This document shows positions 49,346 to 61,705 of a stretch of DNA of 64,000 bases, piece by piece. Both the position numbers and the translations under genes were made by a program. The notes under the pieces were generated by a model, which was not told where the DNA came from, made no database searches, and was given only the letters and a program-made list of their open reading frames with translations. Numbering within the stretch: position 1 is the first letter of the stretch; each line of letters starts with the position of its first letter. Source of the stretch: Pristiophorus japonicus (taxonomy: Eukaryota); assembly GCF_044704955.1 (NCBI RefSeq), contig NC_091986.1, forward strand, positions 39,556,001 to 39,620,000, given 5' to 3'.

Positions 49346-51068
49346 CGGATGCATAAGCAACTGGTTGCAATTTCCCGATCACATATGACGACGCATCACA
49401 TGTTAGTACAAAACGCTTACATGGATCATACAACACAAGCAATTTGAGCATAACAGTTTTCTAGCTTTTACAAAGGCATTTTCTTGGCTTTTATCCCATA
49501 CCCATTCATCTCCTTTACGCAGTAAGGTGTGCAGCGGTTCTCGCAGTGTGCTGATACCCAGTAAAAAGTTACCAGAGTAGTTCAGGAGTCTAGAAACTCC
49601 GTCACGTTCTGTGGCCTCGGTGCGTTCTCGATTGCCTCCATCTTCGAATCGGTGGGCCTGATGCCGTCCGCCGCGTCCAAGGAACTCCACTTCAGGCGCT
49701 AGGAAAACGCACTTCGAGCGTTTTAACCTGAGCCCCACGCGGTTTAGTCGACGAAGAACTTCCTCCAGTTTCTGCAGATGCTCGACTGAGTCCCGACCTG
49801 TAACCAAGATGTCGTCCTCGAAAACCACCATGCGCGGTGGTTCAGTAAGCGTTCCATGTTTCTCTGGAATATCGCCGCGGCTGATCGAATCCCAAATGGG
49901 CATCTGTTGTAAATGAGACCTTTGCGCGTGTCGATGATTCCTCCAGATCCTGTGTCATGTAGGCTGAGGCAAGTCCAGCTTTGTGAACGGTTTTCCTCTC
50001 GCCAGTGTCGCAAAAAGGTCACCTGCCTTTGGTAGTGGGTATTGATCCTGCAGGGAGAAACGATTGATAGTTACTTTGTAATCACCACAGATTTTGACAT
50101 GCCATCTCCCTTGAGGACTGGAACAATCAGACTGGCCCACTCATTGAATTCAATCGGCGAAATGATGCCCTCTCAGTGCAGCCGGTCCAGCTCGATCTCC
50201 ACCCTCTCGCCTTGTGATGGATGGGTCGCACCCCCGGAATTAGGTGGATCTGCACTTTTGCTCCTTGGAACTTCCCGATGCCTGGTTTGAACAGCGAGGG
50301 GAACTTGTTTAAGACCTGGGCACATGAAGTGCCGTCAACGGACGAGAGCGCTCGGACGTCATCCCAATTCCAGCGTATCTTTCCCAGCCAGCTCCTGCCG
50401 AGCAGTGTGGGACCATCGCCCGGTACCACCCAGAGTGGTAGTTTGTGCACCGCTCCATCATAGGAGACCTTTATAGTAGCACTGCCGATTAGAGGAATCA
50501 GTTCCTTTGTGTAAGTTCTCAGTTTAGTGCGAATGGGAGTCAAGACTGGCCTTAAGGCCTTGCTACACCACAACTTATCGAAAGTCTTTTTGCTCATAAT
50601 GGACTGGCTCGCAACCGTGTCCAGCTCCATTGACACTGGGAATCCATTTAATTCAACCTTCAGCATTATCGGGGTCACTTTGTGGTAAATGTGTGCACCC
50701 CATATACCTCTGCCTCCTCGGTCTGAGTCTCTGGTTCGTCATGATCCGCCGTGGATTTGTCCTCCTCTGCAACATGGTGGTTTGCAGAATTAGCAGGGTT
50801 TGCAACTCGCCTGCACATACGTTGGAGGTGTCCCATTGTTCCACAGCCCTTGCAAAAGTACCCTTTGAAGCAGCATGAATGGAAATGATGATCACCCCCG
50901 CAGCGCCAACAAGGTGTTAATGGCATTGCATTCATCACCCTTGATGTGGACTCTGAGACATCTGTGGACATGCAGCTGCAGGCCTGTGGGGCCTGCCTTG
51001 TACATTGCGATTTGAAAACATCATCACTTTGTTCACAGTACTTGTAGCAGTCGTGTGCTGAGAGATTT

Positions 51069-52233
51069 AGAAACATAGAAACATAGAAAATAGGTGCAGG
51101 AGTAGGCCATTCGGCCCTTCTAGCCTGCACCGCCATTCAATGAGTTCATGGCTGAACATTCAACTTCAGTACCCCATTCCTGCTTTCTCGCCATACCCCT
51201 TGATCCCCCTAGCAGTAAGGACCTCATCTAACTCCTTTTTGAATATATTTAGTGAATTGGCCTCAACAACTTTCTGTGGTAGAGAATTCCACAGGTTCAC
51301 CACTCTCTGGGTGAAGAAGTTCCTCCGCATCTCAGTCCTAAATGGCTTACCCCTTATCCTTAGACTGTGACCCCTGGTTCTGGACTTCCCCAACATTGGG
51401 AACATTCTTCCTGCATCTAACCTGTCTAACCCCGTCAGAATTTTATATGTTTCTATGAGGTCCCCTCTCATTCTTCTGAACTCCAGTGAATACAAGCCCA
51501 GTTGATCCAGTCTTTCTTGATAGGTCAGTCCCGCCATCCCGGGAATCAGTCTGGTGAACCTTCGCTGCACTCCCTCAATAGCAAGAATGTCCTTCCTCAG
51601 GTTAGGAGACCAAAACTGTACACAATACTCCAGGTGTGGCCTCACCAATGCCCTGTACAACTGTAGCAACACCTCCCTGCCCCTGTACTCAAATCCCCTT
51701 GCTATGAAGGCCAACATGCCATTTGCTTTCTTAACCGCCTGCTGCACCTGCATGCCAACCTTCAATGACTGATGTACCATGACACCCAGGTCTCTTTGCA
51801 CCTCCCCTTTTCCTAATCTGTCACCATTCAGATAATAGTCTGTCTCTCTGTTTTTACCACCAAAGTGGATAACCTCACATTTATCCGCATTGTACTTCAT
51901 CTGCCATGCATTTGCCCACTCACCTAACCTATCCAAGTCGCTCTGCAGCCTCACAGCATCCTCCTCGCAGCTCACACTGCCACCCAACTTAGTGTCATCC
52001 GCAAATTTGGAGATACTACATTTAATCCCCTCATCTAAATCATTAATGTACAGTGTAAACAGCTGGGGCCCCAGCACAGAACCTTGCGGTACCCCACTAG
52101 TCACTGCCTGCCATTCTGAAAAGTACCCATTTACTCCTACTCTTTGCTTCCTGTCTGACAACCAGTTCTCAATCCATGTCAGTACACTACCCCCAATCCC
52201 ATGTGCTCTAACTTTGCACATCAATCTCTTGTG
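51069..52233 (-). mobile_element. Young CR1 LINE, 5'-truncated, inserted in Gypsy gag
   Basis: Uninterrupted 352-aa ORF2 C-terminal frame at 51166-52224 (KFADDTKL); intact 3'UTR and octamer tail. Confidence 0.96.
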
Positions 52234-53064
52234 TTGGTATTGTCACTGGTGGCAATGAACGTCTGGGCTATCGCTATGGCTTTACTCAAGGTTGGGATCT
52301 CTACAGTCAAAAGTTTGCGAAGTATCACTTCATGGCCAATGCCAAGTAAACAGAAGTCCCTGAGCATGTGCTGCAAATGTCCTTCAAATTCGCAATGTCC
52401 TGCAAGGCATCTTAGCTCATCGACATAGCTCGCCACTTACTGGTCTTCAGACCTTTTGTAGGTGTAGAACCGGTACCTCGTCATCAGAACGCTTTCTTTC
52501 AGGTTCATATGCTCCTGGACCAGTGTGCACAAATCATCGTATGATTTATCTGTGGATTTTGCAAGCAGATTTTTCATGAGGCCATACGTTGGTACTGCAC
52601 AAACGGTGAGGAGAATCGCACTTCGTTTGGCAGTGTTCGCTTCTCCTTCCAGCTCATTGGCCATGAAGTATTGGTTGAGTCGTTCCACGAAAGTTTCCCA
52701 ATCAGCTCTCTCCAAAAATTTCCCCAGGATGCCCACTGTTCTCTGCATCGTTGGGTTCATCATCTGTATCTCGTCGCCAGTTGTTATGTATGAATAAAGA
52801 GTCTGACTAGATACTGTGAGCTCAAATAAAGTGTGACCTTAGTCTTTTATTGCAGGTCTCCAGAGTCTCCAGCCTGTGAGGCCTCCTTAAGTACAGGTGC
52901 TCCCAAGGGATTGTGGGAACCCTTGGGACTCCAGGGGATGAGCCCTCTGGTGGCTGCACAAAGTATTTACAGGTTTACATATATAACAGTAAGTATTTAC
53001 ATAAGACCAAATTATTTTACTGAAACTAATCTTCTGAGGTATAGTACTACTAATTTTCTCTTGA

Positions 53065-53488
53065 ACATAGAATAGAATAGAATCGAATAGAATCATAGAA
53101 TGGTAACAGTACGGAAGAAGGCCAGTCGGCCCGTCGAGGCCTTGCTGACTCTCAGTTAATCCCACTGCCCCGCCCTTTCCCCGTAGCCGTGCAATTTGTT
53201 TTCCTTCAGATACTTATCCAATTCCCTTTTGAAAGATAAAATTGAGTCTGCCTCCCCCACCCTTTCAGGCAGTGCATTCCAGATCCTAATCACTCGCCGC
53301 ATAAAAGAGTTTTTTCTTACGTCACCTTTATTTCTTTTGCCAATCACCTTAAATCTGCGTCCTCTGCTTTTCGACCCTTCTGCCAATGGGAACAGTTTCT
53401 CACGATCTACTCTGTCTAGACCCCTCCTGATTTTGAAGACCTCTATCAAATCTCCTCTTTATCTTCTCTGCTCCAAGGAGAACACCAT
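53065..53488 (-). mobile_element. CR1-like LINE 3' fragment
   Basis: IEVFKI.RGLDRVDREKLFPL...WNALPE; (ATAGA)n and ATAGAATC tail. Confidence 0.87.
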
Positions 53489-54255
53489 CTGCAGGTACAG
53501 AGAACTACCCCACCACAAGTTGCTCAAGAAAGCATGCAAACAGACACAATAACAGCAAGCTACCAACACCAGCCAGAGCTGCCTGCAATCTCTGGAGCTT
53601 ACCGAATCACCAGCACACGAGAGCATTTACCAGGTGCAGGGGATTCCGCATTTTGGAGGTCAGTGACAGGTCACAAGCATTCTCTTACTTGGGTTGTCAA
53701 CCCTCTTGGATTGTTATGGATTCTCCAGGAAATGTAGATAAATCTCCAACACATTGGCTTCTAGCAACCCTTTCCTTTACTTGTTCTAAAAATTATCAGC
53801 GATTTGGGAAAAAAGATTGATTGACTGACAGTCAAGCATCATCCAATTGGGTAATGAAGAGTTGTTCATTTCCAATTGGCCATGGGAAGGCAGGGCTCCA
53901 CGAGGATGGGCGTGCCGGGCGACCAATGGCGGGACGGTTGGAGATCATGCGATGAAAACTCCCGGAATACATCCAATAAGAGTTGCCGATGCTGCCTCTT
54001 GCTGAGGCCCAATCACTGTTCAATCAAAATTCAGACAGCAGGTTGCACGTCAAGTGTAGCACTGGTCCAAACTGATTTCAGTCCACACTGTTGCTGCAGT
54101 TACTCTATAACTGCAGCTTGAATGGGAGTCAGGGTCCAACCCAACGCTGAACCAAATTACGATGCTTCACTTTGGAATAAGTTCATGATAGAATACCACA
54201 GTTATATTGCCCAAATTTAGCATCGATGCAATGCTGGAATCACTTTGTTCCTTAT

Positions 54256-54410
54256 GTTCCCTCTCATTTTTTGGGAACCTGCCCGGCCCCTTTAAGGGGC
54301 TGCACGGGCCATTCTAAATTCACGGCTTATACATTGAAATGCCGCAAGCCAGCTGCATGGATTCCCTGAAGCAGTCCCCAGGCGTGTGGCTGCGCACTTT
54401 ATAGGGAACA
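54256..54410. mobile_element. Small MITE
   Basis: TIR TGTTCCCT ... AGGGAACA; related to the insert near 34150. Confidence 0.6.
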
Positions 54411-55832
54411 CAGAGAGACCTAGGGGTATGTGTGCACAAGTCATTGATGGTGACAGGGCATGTTGAGAAAGTGGTTAAAATGGCTGACGGGAATCCTGGG
54501 CTTCATAAATAGAGACATAGATTACAAAAGTGTGGAAATTATGATGAACCTGTATAAAACATTGGTACAGCCCCAGCTGGATAATTGTGTCCAATTCTGG
54601 GCACCGCACTTTAGGAAGGATGTGAAGGCCTCAGTGAAGGTGTCGAAAAGATTTACAAGAATGATTCCAGAAATGAGTGACTTCAATTACATTGATAGAC
54701 TGGAGAAGCTGGGGTTGTTCTTCTTGGAGCAGAGAAGATTGAGAAAAGATTTGATAGAGGTGTTCAAAATCATGTGGGGTCTGGACAGAGTAGATAGAGG
54801 GAAACTGTTCCAATTGGTGGAAGGGTTGAGATCCAGAGGATACAGATTTAAGGTGATTGGCAAAAGAACCAAAGGCGACGTAAGAAAAAACATTTTTATG
54901 CAGCGAGTGGTTAAGATCGAGAATGCACTACCTGAAAGTGTGACGGAGGCAGACTCAATTTTATCTTTCAAAAGGGAGTTGGATAAGTACCTGAAGAGAA
55001 ATAATTTGCAGGGCTATGGGAAAAGGGCGGGGATGTGGGACTAACTGAGAGTCCTTGTGCATGAAACACAAAAAGTTAGTATGCAGGTACAGCAAGTAAT
55101 CAGGAAGACAAATGGAATGTTGTCCTTTATTGCAAGGGGGATAGAGTATAAAAGCAGAGAAGTCCAGCTACAACTCTACAGAGTATTGGTGAGGCCACAC
55201 TTGAGAACTGCGTACAGTTTTAGTCTCTGTATTTAAGGAAGGCTATACTTGCATTGGGGACAGTTCAGAGAAGGTTCACTAGGTTGATTCCGGAGATGAG
55301 GGGATTGACTTATGAGGATAGGTTGAGTAGGTTGGGCCTGTACACATTGGAGTTCAGAAGAATCAGAGGTGATCTTATCGAAACATAAGATAATGAGGGG
55401 GCTCGACAAGGTGGATGCAGAGAGGATATTTCCACTCATAGGGAAAATCAACTAAGGGACATAGTCTTAGAATAAGGGGCCACCCATTTAAAACTGAAAT
55501 GAGGAGACATTTTTTCTCTCAGAGGGTTGTAAATCTATGGAATTCCCTGCCCCAGAGAGCTGTGGCAGCTGGGTCATTGAATATATTTAAGGCGGAGATA
55601 GACAGATTTTTGAGCGATAAGGGAGTAAAAGGTTATGGGGAGTGGGCAGGGAAGTGGCGCTGAGTCCATGATCAGATCAGCCATGATCTTATTGAATGGC
55701 GGTGCAGGCACGAGGGGCCAAATGGCCTACTCCTGCTCCTATTTTTTTATGTTCTTATGTTCTTATGACACGGGCTCGATGGGCCGAATGGCCTTCTTCT
55801 GTGCTTTAACCATTCTATGATTCTGTGATTCT
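54411..55832 (+). mobile_element. CR1 3' fragment (54411-55050 and 55768-55832) with a second CR1 subfamily fragment (about 55050-55767) nested in its 3'UTR
   Basis: ORF 54460-55044; second copy ends (TTCTTATG)n; host copy resumes and ends (ATTCTATG)n. Confidence 0.85.
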
Positions 55833-56104
55833 AACACTGCTTTGCACCGATGGTAAATTTGAGGAAATGCAACTTAAATGCTTCTTAACGCCGTACCTTT
55901 GAATGTCAGTCAAATGAATAACTCTACTTGGTGTGAAGTGTTCAGTGTTTGGGCCTCAGTAAGAGGTGGCGTCGCCAACTTGTCATTGCACATATTCCGG
56001 AAGATTTCATCACATGACCGCCAACCACCCCGCCATTGGTCAGCTGACACTTCCAACCTCGCGGGGCCCCACCTTCCCTCGGCTAGTTGGAAATTGAAAC
56101 AATC

Positions 56105-56220
56105 GATCTGAAATTTAAACTCTGTTTCTCTCTCCGCAGATGCTGCCTGACCTGCTGAGCATTCCCCGAATTTTCTGTTTTTATTTCATCTTTCCAGCAT
56201 CCGCTGTATATTGCTTTTCT
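56105..56220 (+). repeat. Penelope-type short repeat, hammerhead 5' half lost
   Basis: CTGAAA..AACTCTG..TCTCTCCGCAGATGCTGCCTGACCTGCTGAG matches 45650-45760. Confidence 0.65.
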
Positions 56221-56509
56221 ACTCGGATATATAACAACAGCAAGTATTGATATAGCGCCTTTAACGTAGTAAAATGTCCACGGCGCTTCACGGAATTCTT
56301 ATGACAAAATATTTGACACATAAGGAGAAATTGCATATCATTGGTGAGGTCAGCATTTGCTGCTTTAAACCAAACTCATGCCTACACACCAACCTTGAAA
56401 ACTCACAAAAGTTGGCCAACAGCTTAAAAAAACTCATAAAACATCTTTAAAATGATTCAATATCCAAGCCTGTGATCAAGGACATTGTTCTCCAGTGACT
56501 GAATAGGAT

Positions 56510-56970
56510 GGGTATAGTAGCGGAGTGGTTATATTACTGGACTAATAATCCAGAGACGTGAATTCAAATCCCACCACTGGGTAATTTAAATTCAGAAAAT
56601 TAAATAAATCTAGAATAAAAAAGCTATGGTCAGTAATGATGTCCATGAAACTACTGGATTTTTTAAAAACACAACTGATTCACGAATGTCTTTTCGGGAA
56701 GGAAATCTTCCATCCTTACCCGGTCTGGCCTATATGTGACTCGAGACCCTCAGCAATGTGGTTGACTCTTAAATGCCCTCTGAAATGGCCCAGCAAGCAT
56801 GCAATTGTACCAAACCACTACGACAAAGTCAGCACTGTGGGAGTATCTTCGCCACACGGACTGCAGCGGTTTAAGAAGGCGGCTCACCACCACCTTCTCA
56901 AGGGCAATTAGAGATGGGCAATAAATGCTGGCCTTGCCAGTGATGCCCACATCCCAGCAATGAATAAATG
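56510..56970 (+). mobile_element. tRNA-derived SINE with LINE-derived tail
   Basis: A-box-like TAGCGGAGTGG and B-box-like AATTCAAATCC; tail reads like a LINE ORF2 C-terminus (GLQRFKKAAHHHLLKGN); ends GAATAAA. Confidence 0.7.
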
Positions 56971-57221
56971 TTTTTAAAATTATTTAGTTGATTGGCAACA
57001 TTTTAGCTGAAGCAGATGGTGATGTAATTTGGGATAAACAGTTGTATTGTTAATAGTTCCATTGAATCTAGAAATATCTCTGGTGTGACAGACAGCAGGA
57101 GTGTGACAAAAATGAAGTCTTTTTCTGTGATTTATGATTTATTTCTCGGCTCCCAGTACATTCTGTGTGAAAATTACATACTGCCAGCCGATTCATTAAG
57201 CAGCGGTGGATATACATCAAA

Positions 57222-57535
57222 TAAAGAAAGACTTACATTTATATGGCACCTTGCATGACCTCAGGATGTCCCAAAGCGCTTTGCAGCCAAGGAAGTACTT
57301 TTGAAGTATAGTCATTGTTTTAATGTAGGAAACGCGGCAGCCAATTTGCATTCAGCAAGCTTCTACAAACAGTAATGTGATAATGAACAGATAATCTGTT
57401 TTAGTGATCTTGGTTGAGGGATAAATATTATCCAGGGAGAACTCCCCTGCTCTTCTTTGAAATAGTGCCATGGATGTTGTACATCCACCTGAGAGGGCTG
57501 ACAGGGCCTCGGTTTAGCGCATCTGAAAGATGGCA
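57222..57535 (-). mobile_element. Deu-domain SINE, 5'-truncated
   Basis: Matches 7411-7740. Confidence 0.8.
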
Positions 57536-58649
57536 GCATGCTTTAATATGCAAACGGTCATTTCAAAGGCATTGATATGTGAATGTTTGCCAACTAGATT
57601 TGCTCAGTGTGGACTAATAGATGTTAAGTCGATTGCTCAAACACCTTCCAGATCAAATACACTATGTTTACACAGAGCGATATTCTCCCCCATCAATATC
57701 CCTCACCCTAAAATTGGAGCACCCCATACTTATACCCAGATAAATGTCTTCTTTTCCCTCATCTCAATGGACTCTCGGTCAGTTGTTAAATCAGTGACAA
57801 TTGCTGCTGGAATGATGCTCAGTTTTATGGGGATCTTCCATCTGCTGTTGACTGGAGAGAAACTTCCTAAGCTCGCATCATGTAAAACCCTTAAAGCCCA
57901 TCAAGGGAGATGAAAATTGCTCCTATCAGCTTGAATAGGTTTGAACCCGATTCTCCATTCTGTTGCATATTGCATTGAAAGTTGAAAGTGACAATCTGTT
58001 AGTTAAATGTTAATCAGAAACAACCCTGAAAAAGAAAGTATGTAGAATTTAAGCAAATTTAAAAACCACTGGTCCATTAATAATTTCAATTGCAATAACT
58101 ACCTCAAAGAAACCAGATTATCTATCTACATAGCATTGCTGGAGGTTTATGTTTTATTGCCGTTGCCTTTAAGATGTTTTATTTCACAAATGACACCAAC
58201 CTTTACAGATATGCGTTTTTTTTTTGTCTTACCCTTTGCAATTTTTTGTACTTTTAATAATATCCCTTGAGGGCAGTTTTAGCTTGTGAGATTTAGTTTG
58301 ACTCTATTACAGATTCCCATTTAGTCCCTATTTAATCATCCCTTTCTTCATAGTGAATGGTTCCCATTAGATATGAAGACACAGGAAGCCAGGCTTTTTT
58401 CTGACACAGCATATCTGTGCAAAGGGGGACATTAGTTTGCTAATTTTCTGTTGATGTAAATGTGTTCTTCAGATCTAATGAACTGCCATTGCTTGCATGA
58501 ATTAAATGAACAGGACAGAATTTCAGTGTTATTGAACCCACTGAACGAATCTGTGGTCAAAACATAAATAGTGCTGTTTCTACCAAAATTAATGCAGCTA
58601 ATAGTATTCTAGATTGTGATCGATGTTCCAAATGCAAAGGATTACCAAA

Positions 58650-59275
58650 GGATATACGGCACGGAAACAGGCCATTTGGCCCAATGAGTCCATGCCAGCG
58701 TTTATGCTCCACTCGAGACTCCTCCCGTCTTTCCTCATCTAAATCTATCAGCATAACCCACTATTCCATTCTCCCTCATGGGCTTGTCTAGCCTCCCCTT
58801 AAATACATCTATACTATTCACCTCACCACTCCCTGTGGTAGCGAGTTCCACATTCGCACCAGTCTTTGGGTAAAGATTTTTCTTCTGAATTCCCGATTGG
58901 ATTTCTTGGTGACCAACTTATGTTGATGGCCTCCAGTTATGCTCTTTCCCACAAATGGAAACATTCTCTCTGTATCCGCTCGATCAAAACCTTTCAGAAT
59001 TTTAAGAACCTCTAATAGGTCACCCCTCAGCCTTCTCTTTTCAAGAGAAAAGAGACCCAACCTGTTCATCCTTTCCTGATATGTATACCCTCGCATTTCT
59101 GGTATCATCCTTGTAAATCTTCTCTGCACCCTCTCCAGTGCCTCTATATCCTTTTTATAATATGGCGACCAGAACTGTACGCAGTACTCTAAGTGTGGTC
59201 TAACCAAGGTTCGATCTAGGTTTAGCCTAACTTCCTTATTTTTCAATTCTATCCCTCTAGAAATAAACCCTAATG
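58650..59275 (-). mobile_element. CR1-like LINE 3' fragment
   Basis: [32 protein letters not shown]...MWNSLP. Confidence 0.9.
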
Positions 59276-60514
59276 CAAATGAGTACAAGGCCCCTGATCC
59301 AATGAGAGCACTGTTTCCTTGTTCAAGACACGTCTCAAATAATTTGAATTGGAGTTCCTTTGTCTGATATTTCAACAAGGCTTCTAGTTCGACACTTGTG
59401 TTAAAACAGATAAACACCTTGGTAAAAATATCATCCAGAGGAACATTCACAGCACGGTTTCAATTCAGTGTTTTGAACGTTCGCTCTGGGTACAAAAAGA
59501 AGATTTGGACATCCAGACAGTTGAGAAAAACGTGCATTACAATAGTGGGCAGCAGTTTGGAAGAAAGTCGCAGATTAGTCAAGTTGGATGAGATTGCAGA
59601 GATACAGAGAGGGTGAGTGCTCTTTGGCAACAGTCTTGGTAGAGAACCATTTTCTCCTTCTATTTCTTTCACGAGGAGCAGCCTTAGTGGAGTTCCAGGA
59701 TAAATAGATAAGGACATCCTGGCTGAACAAGATATATGTCCCTTTTCAGTGGTGTAGTCCAATATTCGTGCAGCTGGTATCAACCCTCTCTCCAGATGGA
59801 GGGAATCGTGGGATGCATGTAACATAGAGACCTGACAACTGCGTGTCCCTGGATCCAGTTTAGAAAATATGGTCGCCCTAATTTGCCAACACAATGATTT
59901 CACCTACACTGCCTGATTAGTTTACTATCCACCTTACTTAGAAAGGAATTAAGTTTATACTAGAATCTTAGATCATAAAAATATTTATAGATACGAACAC
60001 GGAAGTAATTATTTGGACTATTAATTTTATTTGGTAACTTTTCTATGACTATTAATTTTATTTGGTAACTTTTCACCATTGAAATGGGCAAAGGTACACG
60101 TTGGAAAAAGTGCAGCATCGTTACCTAATAGTCAACCAATGCCCAGCTATCTGGATAAGGAGCGCCAGAGTGAATTTAAATGCAGGATGAAATTGAGAGT
60201 AGATTGATAGGGCTCCACGGTGTCGACAGGATCTCGTACACAGCCAGCGCATATTCCGGAATCACTGTGTGCTATTTTTCATCCTTTGATTTCAATGGAT
60301 GGAAGCATTTTTTAGCTAGCTGTTTATGATGCTTTACTACCAGCACAAAGCCTCCCAAAATGTAACTTTTGATCTTCGGTATTAAAAATGTTACATACCT
60401 TCATAAAAGATACCATTTACTGACTCTATAATTGCCGACACCATTCTTTAGAGCAACTCTACTCTACAAAAAGAAAGTTCAGCCAATATCTGTGTCAAAA
60501 GCAAGTGGTATCTT

Positions 60515-61279
60515 GGACTAGAAATTGGCCTCCTTTGCACCCCCTGTTACTGCCTGCGGGGGGACTGGGCAATAACAGGGCGCTCCTGGCTCTGCGACAA
60601 GGTGCAGCGAGAGTACCGACACCCACGAAATTCCAGTGGAGGTTTGCGATGGCGGTAACGTCTTGCGCCATGATCTCCTGCGCCCCAGAGATCTTGATGT
60701 CATCGTGTTGCGCATCGCCACTGTAGTGCCCAGGACCCAAACTTCACTTCTGCTCCCTGCAGCATCGCTGGGCGGCAATACTGGCAGCTGCAGGAGGCAT
60801 TGTTCAGGAGGCCGGCCGCTTGCGAAGCAGTATTTAAAGGGCATGATGAACGGGTAATTAAAAAAATGTATTTTAAGCCCTTAGGTTTTTTTTTGCAATT
60901 TGATCTGCCACGATTGATCAGCCCTGCACTCTGTTCAAGTGCTTGGGGCTGATCGTGGCAGATTGCGACTGCCGTTGGTGTAGAGGAACATCGGCATTAT
61001 GCAGAGCCTGCAGCAATGGCCTTTCCCTTTAAGGGAGGGAAGGAGCCTCTGTTCCCCGCAGTACTGCCCTCGACCATGGGCAGCGCTGCACCGCTATCGC
61101 CCCTCCTGTCGGCTTTAGCACTCCAAAGGAAATGGTGATGTCTGTTTTAGCGCTCCCCTTCCTTCCTGGAGTGCTAAACCGGAAGTTTGCATAAGAGCCC
61201 CTCGCGTAGCGCCATGCGATACATTTGCGCTACCGCAAAAGTTATCGCCCCAAGCGGGGCACTATGCAATTTCTCCCCC
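60515..61279. mobile_element. GC-rich Harbinger-type MITE
   Basis: GGACTAGAAATTG ... CAATTTCTCCCCC; colinear with 35465-36203. Confidence 0.82.
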
Positions 61280-61705
61280 AAGCTTGCCTTTGAATAATTC
61301 ATTTAAAAGTCGATTGCAACTCAGGGATGTGGTAACAAACTATTGACCAATGACTCAGAGTTAGATGAGAGTATTTCAAGCTCAAGGTCACTTCTACAAC
61401 GTGCCAGGCAATAGGCTACCAATTATAGTTTAAAAAGTACAGATTGCAGTCTGCGCTTGTTTCCTGGTTAAAACCTCTTGCAATTAATCCAACTGAATCA
61501 ATTCATTGACTACATCTCAGGCAATACGCTCTGTGGCATCAGAGGTCAAAGATAATCAGACAATACAAATTTGATTTGAACTGCGCCTGAGAAAAGTCTT
61601 CGGAAGGAATTTTAAAGTACATGATAGGATGTTGTGAGGAAACTGGGGCAGGGGGAATTACATGTCGAAGCTGGCACTGTGATAAAAGAGGTTTAGCAGT
61701 TTAAT

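Larger units (their letters stand above)
47387..52988 (-). mobile_element. Gypsy-type LTR retrotransposon with both LTRs (47387-47598, 52782-52988); gag, protease and RT decayed; most of RNase H and integrase replaced by CR1 sequence
   Basis: Near-identical LTRs TGTTAT...ATAACA; TSD GTAAA/GTAAG; PBS-like TGGCGACGAG; G-rich PPT; gag DWETFVERL.QYF, knuckles CWRC..H..C and CKGC...GH...C; MELDTVAS; ICGDYK, PFG, FEDDIL. Confidence 0.93.

Noticed and set aside
56510-56580. tRNA-like A/B boxes (also near 62600 and 31600)
   Set aside because: SINE heads; no complete cloverleaf, and they continue into SINE bodies
59460-59462. In-frame TGA as selenocysteine or readthrough codon
   Set aside because: No selenoprotein motif or identifiable SECIS; downstream sequence is CR1
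60016-60074. 28-bp direct duplication GACTATTAATTTTATTTGGTAACTTTTC
   Set aside because: Simple local slippage duplication with no other associated structure
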